A stretch of 64,000 nucleotides of DNA from Magallana gigas. Lineage: Eukaryota. This document shows positions 1 through 12,600 of the stretch, one piece after another. The notes beneath the pieces were generated by a model that made no database searches, had not been told where the DNA came from, and was given only the letters and a program-made list of their open reading frames with translations. The first letter of the stretch is position 1; each line of letters begins with the position of its first letter. Both the position numbers and the translations under genes were made by a program. The stretch lies in NCBI RefSeq assembly GCF_963853765.1, contig NC_088854.1, forward strand, positions 20,522,001-20,586,000, given 5' to 3'.

Positions 1-462
1 TCCCAAGAGTTAATATTTTCATCAAATTTGGGCGATTTGGATGAAAAAAAAAATACACATTCTTGTGAAAAAAATTACAATTGAAATCGAAAGAAAAATA
101 TCCAAAATATTTTTATTTAAACATTAGCATTTTTTTTCACTCGAAAAAAACTTAAGTCGTATATTACATGATGATAAGCTAGAGGGGGCGTTACAGATGA
201 GAAATCTTCGAATTTTTCCATACTAAACAAAATGTGAATCGAGGATATCGTGGACAGAGCATAATTCATAAATTGTTTTGTTAAAATAATGATTTCAAGT
301 TTACTTGGTTTTATGGACTTTCGATGTAAGACATTTTCTCCAACAACATCTTATAGTACAATAACTTGAAAATTACATAATACTTACATTGGAAATCTAA
401 AATGATATAGTATGTGGTAATAATATGAAAAATATATGTCGGAAATCTGAAATAACATTTTG

Positions 463-1000
463 TTATACTCCCCGCAAACGAAGTTATTTAGGGGAACATT
501 AGAATCGCCCTGTCCGTTTGTTTGCCTCGCTGTCTGTAGTCGCAATTCTGTCCTCCTATAGATTTTTTTTTACTACTCAATGGAATAGTCTAAATATTTG
601 TACATAATTATGTTGAATCCCATCTGAAAATGTGCACCTGTAATTCTTATTAAGGTCAGATGAAATTTAATGATTTTAAGACAGTTCTCATTTTTCCTAA
701 TATCCTATGTAGTGTACAATGATGTTGAAAAGTAAGGGAAATGACAAATTTTATCAATTTTTTTTTTACATGTATTAGTAACCACTCTAAAATATAATCA
801 TATAAATACATCCAGTATGGAGGATTGTTGTCCATTTTTCATAACTAAATATTTGTATTTTAAGTGTTCTATCAATTCACAATGCAATGTTTCCTTTTGT
901 TCGTCAATGATAAATTCTCAGAAGCTGATAAAACATCAAAGACAATTATGGCTGAGTTCAGTTCTCCCGCTGGGGTCATTATCTGAGCCATGGTTTAGAT
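463..1000 (-). mobile_element. Degenerate Helentron-type non-autonomous element (HINE-like)
   Basis: 463-530 reads TTATACTCCCCGCAAACGAAG...GGGG followed by a decayed GTCC/GTTT tetranucleotide run. This resembles the reverse complement of the microsatellite + terminal hairpin ends at 16337-16417 and 62612-62707. The far boundary is approximate. Confidence 0.4.
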
Positions 1001-2931
1001 GGAGCATGTGTTTAAGGAAAATTGATAATTTCTAAAATGGGCAGTGCTTTGTGTGAAGAGTGCACTTCAGCTTGAAAGAATGAGCCCCTTTCCAGATCTT
1101 TTTATGTAAAAATTTCAACAAATTGCGTTTTTCTGTAATATTTAAGCACCGATGGATACTTTTGATTTAAATATTTATAGAAGCTTAACTCCACCCAAAT
1201 TAGAATACATTTTAAAAAATTGAGGATTTCTGAATGCCTAAAGATAATACAATCCGAAGAATTTGTACCAAACATATTTGAATTGAGTGTATTTAAATCA
1301 GAGAAAAGAGCATTTAAATTTCAATAAATGTTGGTGGATCGATTGGCGCGTTTTCTGAATTATACTTTGTGCGCTTTTATTTTCTGTGAAAAAAAAACCG
1401 CTTTAAGCTTTGAAGTTACCATTGTGAACGAACAGACACACTGAGACATTCCTGACCACACAAAGAAGGAAATCGATTTAAAATGGTCAGTGTTTTACAG
1501 TGAGCACATTTGACAAACGTCTACCTGGATAGAACCCACGTGTTTACATTTATTTGAAATATTTTTTCCATACATGGGTCAACATGGGTCAAGAAGGTAT
1601 TAGCTTTCGCTTGTTATTAGAAAACCTTGAAATGTTCATACATTTTTCATTTTTTAAATTCCAGCCTAATGTTGTACAAATTTTTTCATTTTTCATGTAT
1701 AATGCGTCTTTTGTTTTTGTTTTTCCACAAGTTTGTACACGGTTAGGCTGATAGTAAACAAAGATCAGGAAATGAATGCCCTCCACGATCTACTTAATAA
1801 AAGCACGAATGTCAGCAGTCCCCATCTATGTTGTAAGGCTTCGTTTTATTTTATACTAAATTCAGCGCAAAAACTTGTTGAATCTTATGGTTAAATATCA
1901 ACAGATGATCTGAGATAAAAAAAAAAACCAATTATGCTTAATTTGAATCCTCATATTTTCCACTTTTTACCGGGGCCAACTAATGCACTCGTTCTTTTAT
2001 TTATCCCACTTGAAATTATCATTGTGGGGCTACTAGTCCTAATAGGACAGTTCTGTCGTAAAATAACGCAGGATAACGTTATACTAAGAGTAAAAATCCA
2101 AGATGATAAAGTTTGTGTCAAAAAAATAAAAGCATAAGCCATATTAACGTTGCATTATTTACCCCTTCCGGATCACGCAACAAATCCATCTTGTTTGTGT
2201 CTGCTTGATATATACACCAGACGCGAGCGTTTGAGGGCCATTGAAACAAAGGTCTTTCCCCAACGCTCGTAAGCTGTAAATAAATAACAACTAATATGAT
2301 TAAGTTTCCGATTAAAAATATGATGAACTTGTGCAAAGTCAGACATTCTTTTTTAAATGAACGTTATCAGGAGAGTTGACAGACTGATGCCTACTTCCGG
2401 CGGCTCCACATGGATCCCTGGAGATCAAGCAAAACACTTAGACCGCCCATATCTATTTATGTCTGCCCATGGCTCATTTTGCAATAAATGCCAGTCACTG
2501 ATTATATCATTATACATCAAGAATAATATCGATAAGCTGAGGGGCGCATTCTACATGAGAAAATCAAATAATGAGGAGCAATGAAGTTATATTTAGATTG
2601 GTTTCCTTTACTTGCATGTATCACACAAGCCGGAAGTTATATATTTTATTTCATAATAACACCGTAGATATTAATAATTATACACAATACAATAATATAT
2701 CATTAGGCCCATAGATATAGGGTTTTTATTTTTTACGAGAAAAATATATAACATCAGGTGCTTGTGCCTTATCAAGATTAATGGGGCTTTCAACCTGAAA
2801 AAAAATATTTTGTCATACCTTCTACATAGAGACTTGAAATTGAAATATGTAGAACCATTTTAACAGGAGCTTGGACTTCGGGTAGTTGTGTCAAACAGCA
2901 ATGTGACATAGGCCTGTCTATTTTATTACTA

Positions 2932-3170
2932 TTATCAAAACCGATTTGGTTTGACTTTTCCTATAGCGTCACGATCATTTCTGTCAGCTACGTCATGCAT
3001 AAATTATACACGCCGCCGTTGTGAAAACTTTATGATTGGTTGAGTTAGGCGGAGTTATCAGTACATGCTTATGCAATGCCAGAGCTGAAGGATTTCTCAG
3101 AACAGTTCATTTCCCCCCAATATTATTCATTCAAAATCGACTATCCCCTATGTTTAAATTCTGTGCAAAA

Positions 3171-3246
<76 letters not shown>

Positions 3247-4320
3247 ACGGGCGTTAAACCATAGCCTCAACTCAAGCTACGGTCCAGAGTACGGCGTTAT
3301 AAAAAATATAATAATTAGAAGTTGCATGTTCTAAGCGTTCAATTCATGTAAATACCGTAAATGTGTAATATGCACATGTATTACATACTAACTTGCCAGT
3401 CGAAGTGATAGATATGAATTCCTCGATTTCTACACCTTTCGATCGGCAATCGACAGTCAATAAAAGAATTGAACGATGGTGTGAAAGAACGAGACGGAAG
3501 TGGAGAGTGCAAGGGGGTTTGTACATGTGCGTCTTCATTAGACAAGTGTCCGATTCGTTTCTCTTCTGTTGCCCTATCACTTTCGGTGTAATATATATAT
3601 ACTAAAATATCCACAAACCATTTACTGCAGATTTCTTTATTTTACCTGTCTCTGAACCGCCGATCACCAGCTCCATACATGAACAATGGTTTGTTTACAT
3701 ACATAAAAAATACAGTTCTTGATCAGCCTTCCGAGTACGGAAGAAGGTTGTTTAATAGGAGAAAGTTTGGGGCAAGTAAAATACAATTATTAACAGTAGT
3801 AAACTAAATGAAGAATTATTATTTTTTTCAAAAATAGCGTTATTTTTATATGCGGCAAATTGCCGTAAAGTTTTTTTGTACATGTAAGTATTGTATGCAC
3901 TGTAGCTTTATATTTTCTAACCCAAAATTTATACATAGAGCTACAGCTATATATGTTATGTACCGTATGTATTGTTTTATCACAAGTGTACACTTTCGAA
4001 AAATAGCCCAATTTCGACAGTCACGAGTACCCATGTGAATTTTTCATTCTCAGATATGTTGTTGTTCTGTCCGTGCATAATTTAGTCTTAGTTAACCAGC
4101 AGCCAATCAGCGGTAAGCTGAATCCACCAATAAAAAAATTGTGGTTAAGGTGCGGGTATTGTTTATGTATGACGTAGCTGAAAAAGTTGAACGCGACGCG
4201 ATCGGAAAAGTCAAACCAAATCGGTTTTAGGTTAAGGTGCGGGTATTGTTTATGTATGACGTAGCTGAAAGAGTTGAACGCGACGCGATCAGTAAAGTCA
4301 AACCAAATCGGTTTTAGTAA
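2932..4320 (-). mobile_element. TA-targeting non-autonomous DNA transposon (MITE family X), copy 1, inverted
   Basis: Starts TA|TTATCAAAACCGATTTGGTTTGACTTTTCC and ends GGAAAAGTCAAACCAAATCGGTTTTAG(TAA)|TA. Body is the reverse complement of 4461-5778 and contains a (CT)n run at 3172-3242. Confidence 0.85.
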
Positions 4321-4460
4321 TAAAACCGATTTGGTTTGACTTTTCCGATCGCAAACCAAATCGGTTTTAGGTTAAGGTGCGGGTATTGTTTATGTATGAC
4401 GTAGCTGAAAGAGTTGAACGCGACGCGATCGGTAAAGTCAAACCAAATCGGTTTTAGTAA
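4231..4460. repeat. Array of duplicated MITE-X termini in alternating orientation
   Basis: The ~90-bp terminus GTTAAGGTGCGGG...CGGTTTTAGTAA recurs at 4231-4320 and 4371-4460. A forward terminal fragment (4321-4352) and a reverse fragment (4353-4370) lie between them. Confidence 0.9.
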
Positions 4461-5778
4461 TAAAACCGATTTGGTTTGACTTTTCCGATCGCGTCGCGTT
4501 CAACTTTTTCAGCTACGTCATACATAAACAATACCCGCACCTTAACCACAGTTTTTTTATTGGTGGATTCAGCTTACCGCTGATTGGCTGCTGGTTAACT
4601 AAGACTAAATTATGCACGGACAGAACAACAACATATCAGAGAATGAAAAATTCACATGGGTACTCGTGACTGTCGAAATTGGGCTATTTTTCGAAAGTGT
4701 ACACTTGTGATAAAACAATACATACGGTACATAACATATATAGCTGTAGCTCTGTGTATAAATTTTGGGTTAGAAAATATAAAGCTACGTATACAGTGCA
4801 TACAATACTTACATGTACAAAAAAACTTTACGGCAATTTGCCGCGTATAAAAATAACACTATTTTTTAAAAATATTTACATCATACCATACCACATTTTG
4901 TGCAAATAATCCATTTAGATAATTCTTCATTTAGTTTACTACTGTTAATAATTGTAGCTTTACCCGCCCCAAACTTTCTCCTATTAAACAACCTTTAACC
5001 GTACTCGGAAAGCGGATCAAGAACTGTATTTTTTATGTATGTAAACAAACCAGTGTTCATGTATGGAGCGGGTGATCGGGGGTTCAGAGACAGGTAAAAT
5101 AAAGAAATCTGCAGTAAATGGTTTGTGGATATTTTAGTATATATATTTACACCGAAAGTGATAGGGCAACAGAAGAGAAACGAATCGGACACTTGCCTAA
5201 TGAAGACGCACATGTACAAACCTCCTTGCACTCTCCACTTCCGTCTCGTTCTTTCACACCATCGTTCAATACTTTTATTGACTGTCGATTGCCGATCGAA
5301 AGGTGTAGAAATCGAGGAATTCATACCTATCACTTTGACTGGCAAGTTAGTAGGTAATACATGTGCATTATACATTTACGGTATTTACATGAAATGAACG
5401 CTTAGCACATGCAACTTTTAAATATTATATTTTTTATAACGCCGTACTCTGGACCGTAGCTTGAGGCTATGGTTTAACGCCCGTTTACACACACACAGAG
5501 AGAGAGAGAGAGGGGGGGGGGGGGTTTAGCACAGAATTTAAACATACGGGATAGTCGATTTTGAATGAATAATATTGGGGGGGGGGGGGGAATAAACTGT
5601 TCTGAGAAATCCTTCAGCTCTGGCATTGCATAAGCGTATACTGATAACTCGGCCTAAAAATAGGAGTTAACCAATCATATAGTTTTCACACCGGCGGCGT
5701 GTATAATTTATGCATGACGTAGCTGACAGAAATGATCGTGACGCTATAGGAAAAGTCAAACCAAATCGGTTTTGATAA
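4461..5778 (+). mobile_element. MITE family X, copy 2
   Basis: TAAAACCGATTTGGTTTGAC... to ...CAAACCAAATCGGTTTTGATAA|TA. The two termini share CAGCTACGTCATRCATAAA as a long imperfect TIR. Confidence 0.85.
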
Positions 5779-6330
5779 TATTGCTGCCCACTCAGTGAAA
5801 GCTCATTGAAATCAATACGATTTGTCTGGCTTTTGAGCTATAACTACGCAATTGGTGCATATTTCACTTGAATCCAGCGTCATTTTTAACATGTTTTGAC
5901 GCAAGAAATGATAGCTACGTCCTACGGAAAGTCCAAGGCCTTGTTAAAATGGTTCTAAATAGCACTAAATATGAGCCACAGCTTAATTCTGATTTCCTTA
6001 ATAGATAAACGTAACACATATGGAACAGTGTTTAGGTAGAGATTAAAACACCCAGTCTTTATTTTTTTATATATCAGAATGAGTGTCGAACAAAATTATT
6101 GATTTGATACATCGTCTCAGGATTTGGTGTTGATATAGTAAGATGCCATTAAATATTTTTTGAAACATACGTTGCTGAACTGTACACTTTTTTATTGCTG
6201 GATAATCAATACAAGTCATTAATAACAATGGCAGTACAATATATTTATTGCTCAGGATTTTTTTTCCTTTTCATTTGACGTTCGTGTCCGGAAGATGTAA
6301 ATTGAAAAATTTTCGAACTCTCAAGCTTTA

Positions 6331-7181
6331 TTAATAAAACCGATTTGGTTTGACTTTTCCGATCGCGTCGCGTTCAACTTTTTCAGCTACGTCATACATA
6401 AACAATACCCGCACCTTAACCACAGTTTTTTTATTGGTGGATTCAGCTTACCGCTGATTGGCTGCTGGTTAACTAAGACTAAATTATGCACGGACAGAAC
6501 AACAACATATCAGAGAATGAAAAATTCACATGGGTACTCGTGACTGTCGAAATTGGGCTATTTTTCGAAAGTGTACACTTGTGATAAAACAATACATACG
6601 GTACATAACATATATAGCTGTAGCTCTGTGTATAAATTTTGGGTTAGAAAATATAAAGCTACAGTGCATACAATACTTACATGTACAAAAAAACTTTACG
6701 GCAATTTGCCGCGTATAGAAATAACACTATTTTTTGAAAATATTTACATCATACCATACCACATTTTGTGCAAATAATCCATTTAAATAATTCTTCATTT
6801 AGTTTACTACTGTTAATAATTGTAGCTTTACCCGCCCCAAACTTTCTCCTATTAAACAACCTTTAACCGTACTCGGAAAGCGGATCAAGAACTGTATTTT
6901 TATGTATGTAAACAAACCAGTGTTCATGTATGGAGCGGGTGATCGGGGGTTCAGAGACAGGTAAACACATTTATTGACTGTCGATTGCCGATCGAAAGGT
7001 GTAGAAATCGAGGAATTCATACCTATCACTTTGACTGGCAAGTTAGTAGGTAATACATGTGCATTATACATTTACGGTATTTACATGAAATGAACGCTTA
7101 GCACATGCAACTTTTAAATATTATATTTTTTATAACGCCGTACTCTGGACCGTAGCTTGAGGCTATGGTTTAACGCCCGTT

Positions 7182-7231
<50 letters not shown>

Positions 7232-7475
7232 AGCACAGAATTTAAACATACGGGATAGTCGATTTTGAATGAATAATATTGGGGGGAAATAAACTGTTCT
7301 GAGAAATCCTTCAGCTCTGGCATTGCATAAGCGTATACTGATAACTCGGCCTAAAAATAGGAGTTAACCAATCATATAGTTTTCACACCGGCGGCGTGTA
7401 TAATTTATGCATGACGTAGCTGACAGAAATGATCGTGACGCTATAGGAAAAGTCAAACCAAATCGGTTTTGATAA
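6331..7475 (+). mobile_element. MITE family X, copy 3 (internal ~180-bp deletion)
   Basis: TA|TTAATAAAACCG...CGGTTTTGATAA|TA. Near-identical to copy 2 except that the segment matching ~5096-5275 is missing at ~6965. Confidence 0.85.
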
Positions 7476-9637
7476 TAATATTTTTAAATGTTATTTTTAT
7501 TCTATTTTTTATAGGCCCGTTACCTAGGTAACTAAATGTATTCCTCAATATATATTCTGAGTTTAAACACAGTATATCATTATCTGTTCACCTCAGAGAG
7601 TAGATTTGCGTGAATAGAGATGGTCTATTAAATAATATTTTGTCACCTTAATTCCACTAAAAACGAATTTTTTTTCAAATGAAAATGTGTATAATATAAA
7701 AGTACGTGCGCCGCCATTGTTAACGTGTAAAAGACCCTATCGAGTTCCATCGTAATTGCTGTCTCTGTTCATTTTCCTAAAACGTTTTCTTGTTAGCGAA
7801 CACAGAGGAATGTGTGTTACGGATCACTCAAATATCAACGCCGTCATCGTCACACACTTCTTTCTTCATGATATAACGCTAACCTAAGAAGTGGCAGGAT
7901 AAGATGTTCAAATTCCATCACTGTGTTGTACTGAAGAGTAACAAGGTCAGACGACGGGTAATGGCTGATTATAATTAGAAATAGTGCTCGAATTGAAGTC
8001 AGTCCACATATATATATGATTGGAATCTTTATCGATGTCGTTCAACGTTTACAACAATCATCAATTAGTCTTGTATAGCTGCACTTAAGAGAAATAGGTC
8101 AAGAATATATATTATACAATATTTTGTATCTCTTTGTTGAAATCCTTGCATGGGTGTTTTTCGTTTAAATATGCACATCAATGCTCAAGAGAGTGTAGGA
8201 TCAGTGGGACGCTTCGATCGAAGCAATTGAATACAAAATATCAGAGAAAAAATCCAAAGGAAATATTGTAATTAAAGAAGGATAAACATGTGTAGAAGAG
8301 CATGAATTGTAGTGAATTGACAGATAATGTGAGTTTTATAATCCTTTGCTCAGTTTGATTGACTTCTTGATGTAAACTATTGAAACATATCGGCAATGTA
8401 TGATTGGGCTTTGCGTCATAAGCTTGATGCCCTATATACACATTAAAGGATTGGCCTCTTTCAAACATACAATTTGTTTTGACATTGAGTTTATATGAAA
8501 TATAGATGAACTGCTGAATACACAAGCTGTGTAGACAAAATATACAGGCTCTATATTCAATAAAAATTCAATAAAGATCATTTCATCTTTTTTTCTAACT
8601 ACAAAAATTGCTACACTGATTAATTCTTAATTTTTTTTTCATTATCACATTGGATGAATATTTCTCAACAAACAAATAAACAAAAAATTTAAGAAATTAT
8701 GAGAACATGCCTAAAATATGTTTTGGGTATGTTGTAAGTAAAAAAAAAAAAGAAGTCACGTGATCTCACCTGGAGACAATGTGATCTAAAATAACGTTGC
8801 TACTTTTGATCGAGAGAAGAGATGATAACCTAGATTAATAAAATGGTTGACGCCATCAATACAGCTACTTGATTATTTACACATTAAACTTTTTGTCCAT
8901 AACACTTAACTGGTCATATTTTGAATTAAAAAAAATATTGATCGATGTTTCTTATTCAGTATAATTATGTTGATCGAGCGAATAGATTCAAACATTTGCT
9001 GAAGGAAAACTACAAAATGTTTTTCATCATTTATAGTATTCATTTAGTCGCATGAGGCGCATGAATACCAGTATAGAAAAATATAAATCAATAAAGTTAC
9101 TTTCAATAAATACTCAAACGAAATACATAAGCGTTATTTCCTCAAATATACTTTTTATAATTTGATATTGAAATTTCTATAAAAATAAAAAAAAAATGAA
9201 ATGAAAAAATATTTTTTTTTTAGATCGAAAAAGTTAAATGTTGATAATTTTTGGAACAAAAAAGTGTTGTTATTCTGCTATTTAACGATTAAGTAATTAA
9301 CAAATGTAGTATATAATTAAATTCAAAGATAGTAAATGTTTTAATTACAGTCTCTGCCGACTCGTGAACAATGATGACGTTTTCTTTGATATCAGATTAA
9401 TAATACATGTATGTAGATTCGAAAATTCAGTTTTCAATTTTTCCATTATCTGTTGTGCATGTAATAACACATATAGGAATTGTAAATCCTTTTCTCATCT
9501 TTCTGATACATTTCTACTTTTTAATTGAATGTACAAATATTAGTCCATATTGTTTTGAAATTATGATCACACTAAACATAAAAGTATTCGACACGAGATA
9601 ATCACATTTACATTGTGAATTTGTTTAATAAAACAGT

Positions 9638-12600
9638 CTAATATTTAGCTTTGTCGTAATAAGAGCTTCTCCGTTGGCTGTAGTATAAATCATTCTGAAA
9701 ATAAGAATAAAAGCCCACATGAAAATCTTGAAGAGTTTATGCGCCTCCAAATCGGATCAATTAAAAGTGTATGACAAAAATAGCTATAATTAAATCAATG
9801 AAGAGGTAAACTTAAAATGTATTTTTGACAAGGCGACTAATATTAATGTTAGGCAATTTTCAAGTGCAGTTTTAAATTAATGTTAATTGATTATATTGAT
9901 AATTTTCATACCATATAAATGTTGGTAGATCCGGGTTTTTTACTTGCGGTATTTGGTTTCGAATTTCGATTTTTTTCGATAGCAGTAAATGTAGACAAGA
10001 AATAACAGAAACAATATTAATAGAGCTGCAACTATACCAACGTAGATGAAGATATTGACGTATTCTGAAAGTAAACATTATTAGAAAGAATCAGTTTGAT
10101 TCTAGTTTGTTCTAAATACGCAAGAACTCGGGATTGTATACAATTTTCCCGAAGTCGTTTACCAAGTACTTTTAAGCCCTTGATACAATAAAGAAAAATG
10201 AATACAATAAAACCTCGATGATAGTAAAGTGCTAGGGACCAATAGATTTACCTTTTTATATCCGTATTTTGTTAATATATCCGTAAAACGAGTTCGCAAT
10301 AATAACTATAGCGAATTTACTATATACATGGATTTTTTTTCACCAGACTACTGAAGCGGACAGCCTATTAATATATTTTTGGTTAAAGTTATTTCCCTTT
10401 GATTTATTGATTTTTGATGATTCAATTAATGTTTCCAATAATAACCAATTAGTGTGATGATTATTTGTTGTACAATATTAAATATTCTATGTAAATAAGT
10501 TGTTTGGCATAAGTAGTTTTATATTAGGTTGGATCAGTTTGTTTATTTTTGATTTCCAGTTTTTAGATACTTCAAATTATTTTAGGCCGGCACATATATA
10601 GGGACAGTGTCTATGGCGATTTTAGGAAAACGACTGTTTGGGGTTAAACTTAGACAGGTACGGCTAGATTGAGTGTGCGGACATCCCTTTTTTTCTAATC
10701 TTCGTGTGACTTAACCTACGATACAGAGTGTGCGGTCATCCCTGCTCTGTATCGCATTAATACAAGTGTGCGGTCATCCCTGCTTGTATTGGTGGTGGTT
10801 GAGGCGGAGCACTAGCGTGTGGTCATCCCTGCTGGTGTTCTGGTCTTTCTAACGCAAGTGTGCGGCACTCCCTGCTTGCGTTAGGTTGCGTTGTTGGCGC
10901 AAGTGTGCGGTCATCCCTGCTTGCGTTAACGTTGGTACCTGTTTAGTTGCGTAGGTGTGCGGTCATCCCTGCCTGCGTAACGTTGAGTCCCTATATATGT
11001 GCAGGAGCGGTGATTTAAGTCTGCACTTGTAAATATTGGCAGCAATCAGGGCTATCCGATTCTATCTCGGGTACGGGCCCGCGGGGATCACAGGCAGTGA
11101 CCCCCTTGCACGTTACATAAAATTTGGTGGCAGCGGTGGGATACCCTGGAATTGCTGCAGAGAGGGAGAATGGAGGACATTGACAAAGACATAACCTTTC
11201 TACGGGAGAAGATTGCGGAGATGCGGAAGCGCAGCGACATGGAGACATCAACCCCAATGATCAGAGGTTTTGAAGGGACCACCATGCGCAAAGACGAGGA
11301 ATACCTGTGCGATCATCACTCTGCTAATGAAACATATGCAAACCCGCGCAGCAACGAGATGTTTCCTGACTATTTTGAGCTGTACAATACGCCAAATAGG
11401 AAGACGAGTCATTTGCCAGAAAAATAAGACACTTGGTCTTTGCACAGAGCTGATGCGTTTGGGAAATCTAGGGAAAGGTTCACAAGCCCCGAGATAAGTA
11501 GTACACTGGAAGATGCCTACGAATCGCAAAATTCCATTATACCAGCTACCTATGATGGCAGTGGTCAATGGATCGATTACCATGCGCACTTTGAAGCTTG
11601 TTCTGAAATAAATGGTTGGAGTTACGCTACCAAAGGTCTCTACCTGGCAGCTTCCCTCCGAGGCAGTGCACAAGGATGTCTTGGCAATATCCCAAAGGGT
11701 GAAAAACCAGACTACGAAACACTTGTGTTAGCTTTGGAAGATAGATTTGCTCCACCAAGTCAAGCAGAGCTCTACAGAGTGCAAATGCGAGAGCGTCGTC
11801 AGAGAGCTGGTGAAACTTTTTCAGAGCTGGGACAGGCCATTCAGAGACTTGCAAACATGGCATACTCAACTGCCACTTTTGAATTCAGAGATATGTTAGC
11901 CAGAGATCACTTTGTGGACGCGCTGGACAATTCTGAGGTGCGCATTCGTATACAGCAATCCAGACCGAGAAGCTTGAACGATGCAGTGAAGCTAGCTGTT
12001 AAATTGGAGGCGCACCGAAGAGCAGAGAGGAAATGCTATGCATGCCATCTCAATGTTGAGCCCTCATCTGATAAGCTAGTGGAACTGGTAAAAGCACTGT
12101 CTGCTAAGATCGAGTCTCTCCAGACGGATTTGAGGGATTTACAACTTCAACGCAGCAAGGATAATGCACAGGATACTGTCTCATCATCTAAACGTAGGTT
12201 ATGCTATTTTTGCAGAAAACCGGGACACCTGCGGAGAGATTGCGTAGTGAGAAAGCAAAGCAAGTCCAAGCAATTAAGAAGGCGGCGTAGAAGTAGAGCA
12301 GAAAACCTGACTTGTAAAAGTGATTCCAGTTACAGTGGAAAGAATTCTCGTCAACATAGTGAACCCCAGAACGGAGATGTAGCACAGCATCGACTTGCTG
12401 AAGACTGTTCCAATGGATGCTACCGCGTAGTTACCGTAGAGTCTATGCCAATCCCCACCGACAGAAAAATGGTTAAGGACCAAGTTCGTTGCGAGAAGAT
12501 TATTGCAAACAGCTCCAGTGTTACGGTTGGCAGAACCCTAAAGTCAGCTGAAGGCAAAGAAAAGGACCCCGAGTGGAAGTTGGCCAGAAGATGCAAGAAT

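Larger units (their letters stand above)
2850..5957. mobile_element. Small TIR element (~260 bp own sequence) expanded by a nested MITE pair
   Basis: Imperfect 29-bp inverted repeats TAGAACCATTTTAACAGGAGCTTGGACTT (2850-2878) and AAGTCCAAGGCCTTGTTAAAATGGTTCTA (5929-5957). No TSD found. Confidence 0.5.

Noticed and set aside
2163-2277. Possible minus-strand exon LTSVGERP...IYQADTNKMDLLRDPEG resembling the prodomain motif IYTADT
   Set aside because: Plausible AG/GT ends, but only 5-6 residues of similarity and no supporting neighbouring exons.
3036-7323. Recurrent 60-126 aa ORFs (MGTRDCRNW..., MGYFSKVY..., MVELGG...)
   Set aside because: They recur only because they lie in MITE-X copies. Frames break differently in each copy and no domain is recognisable.
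8241-8525. 94-aa minus-strand ORF downstream of the gene
   Set aside because: No recognisable motif and no consistent splice chain.
10665-10981. CRISPR-like repeat/spacer appearance of the LTR array
   Set aside because: Eukaryotic LTR context and no cas genes. The apparent spacers are the complementary stems closing each repeat, not foreign sequence.
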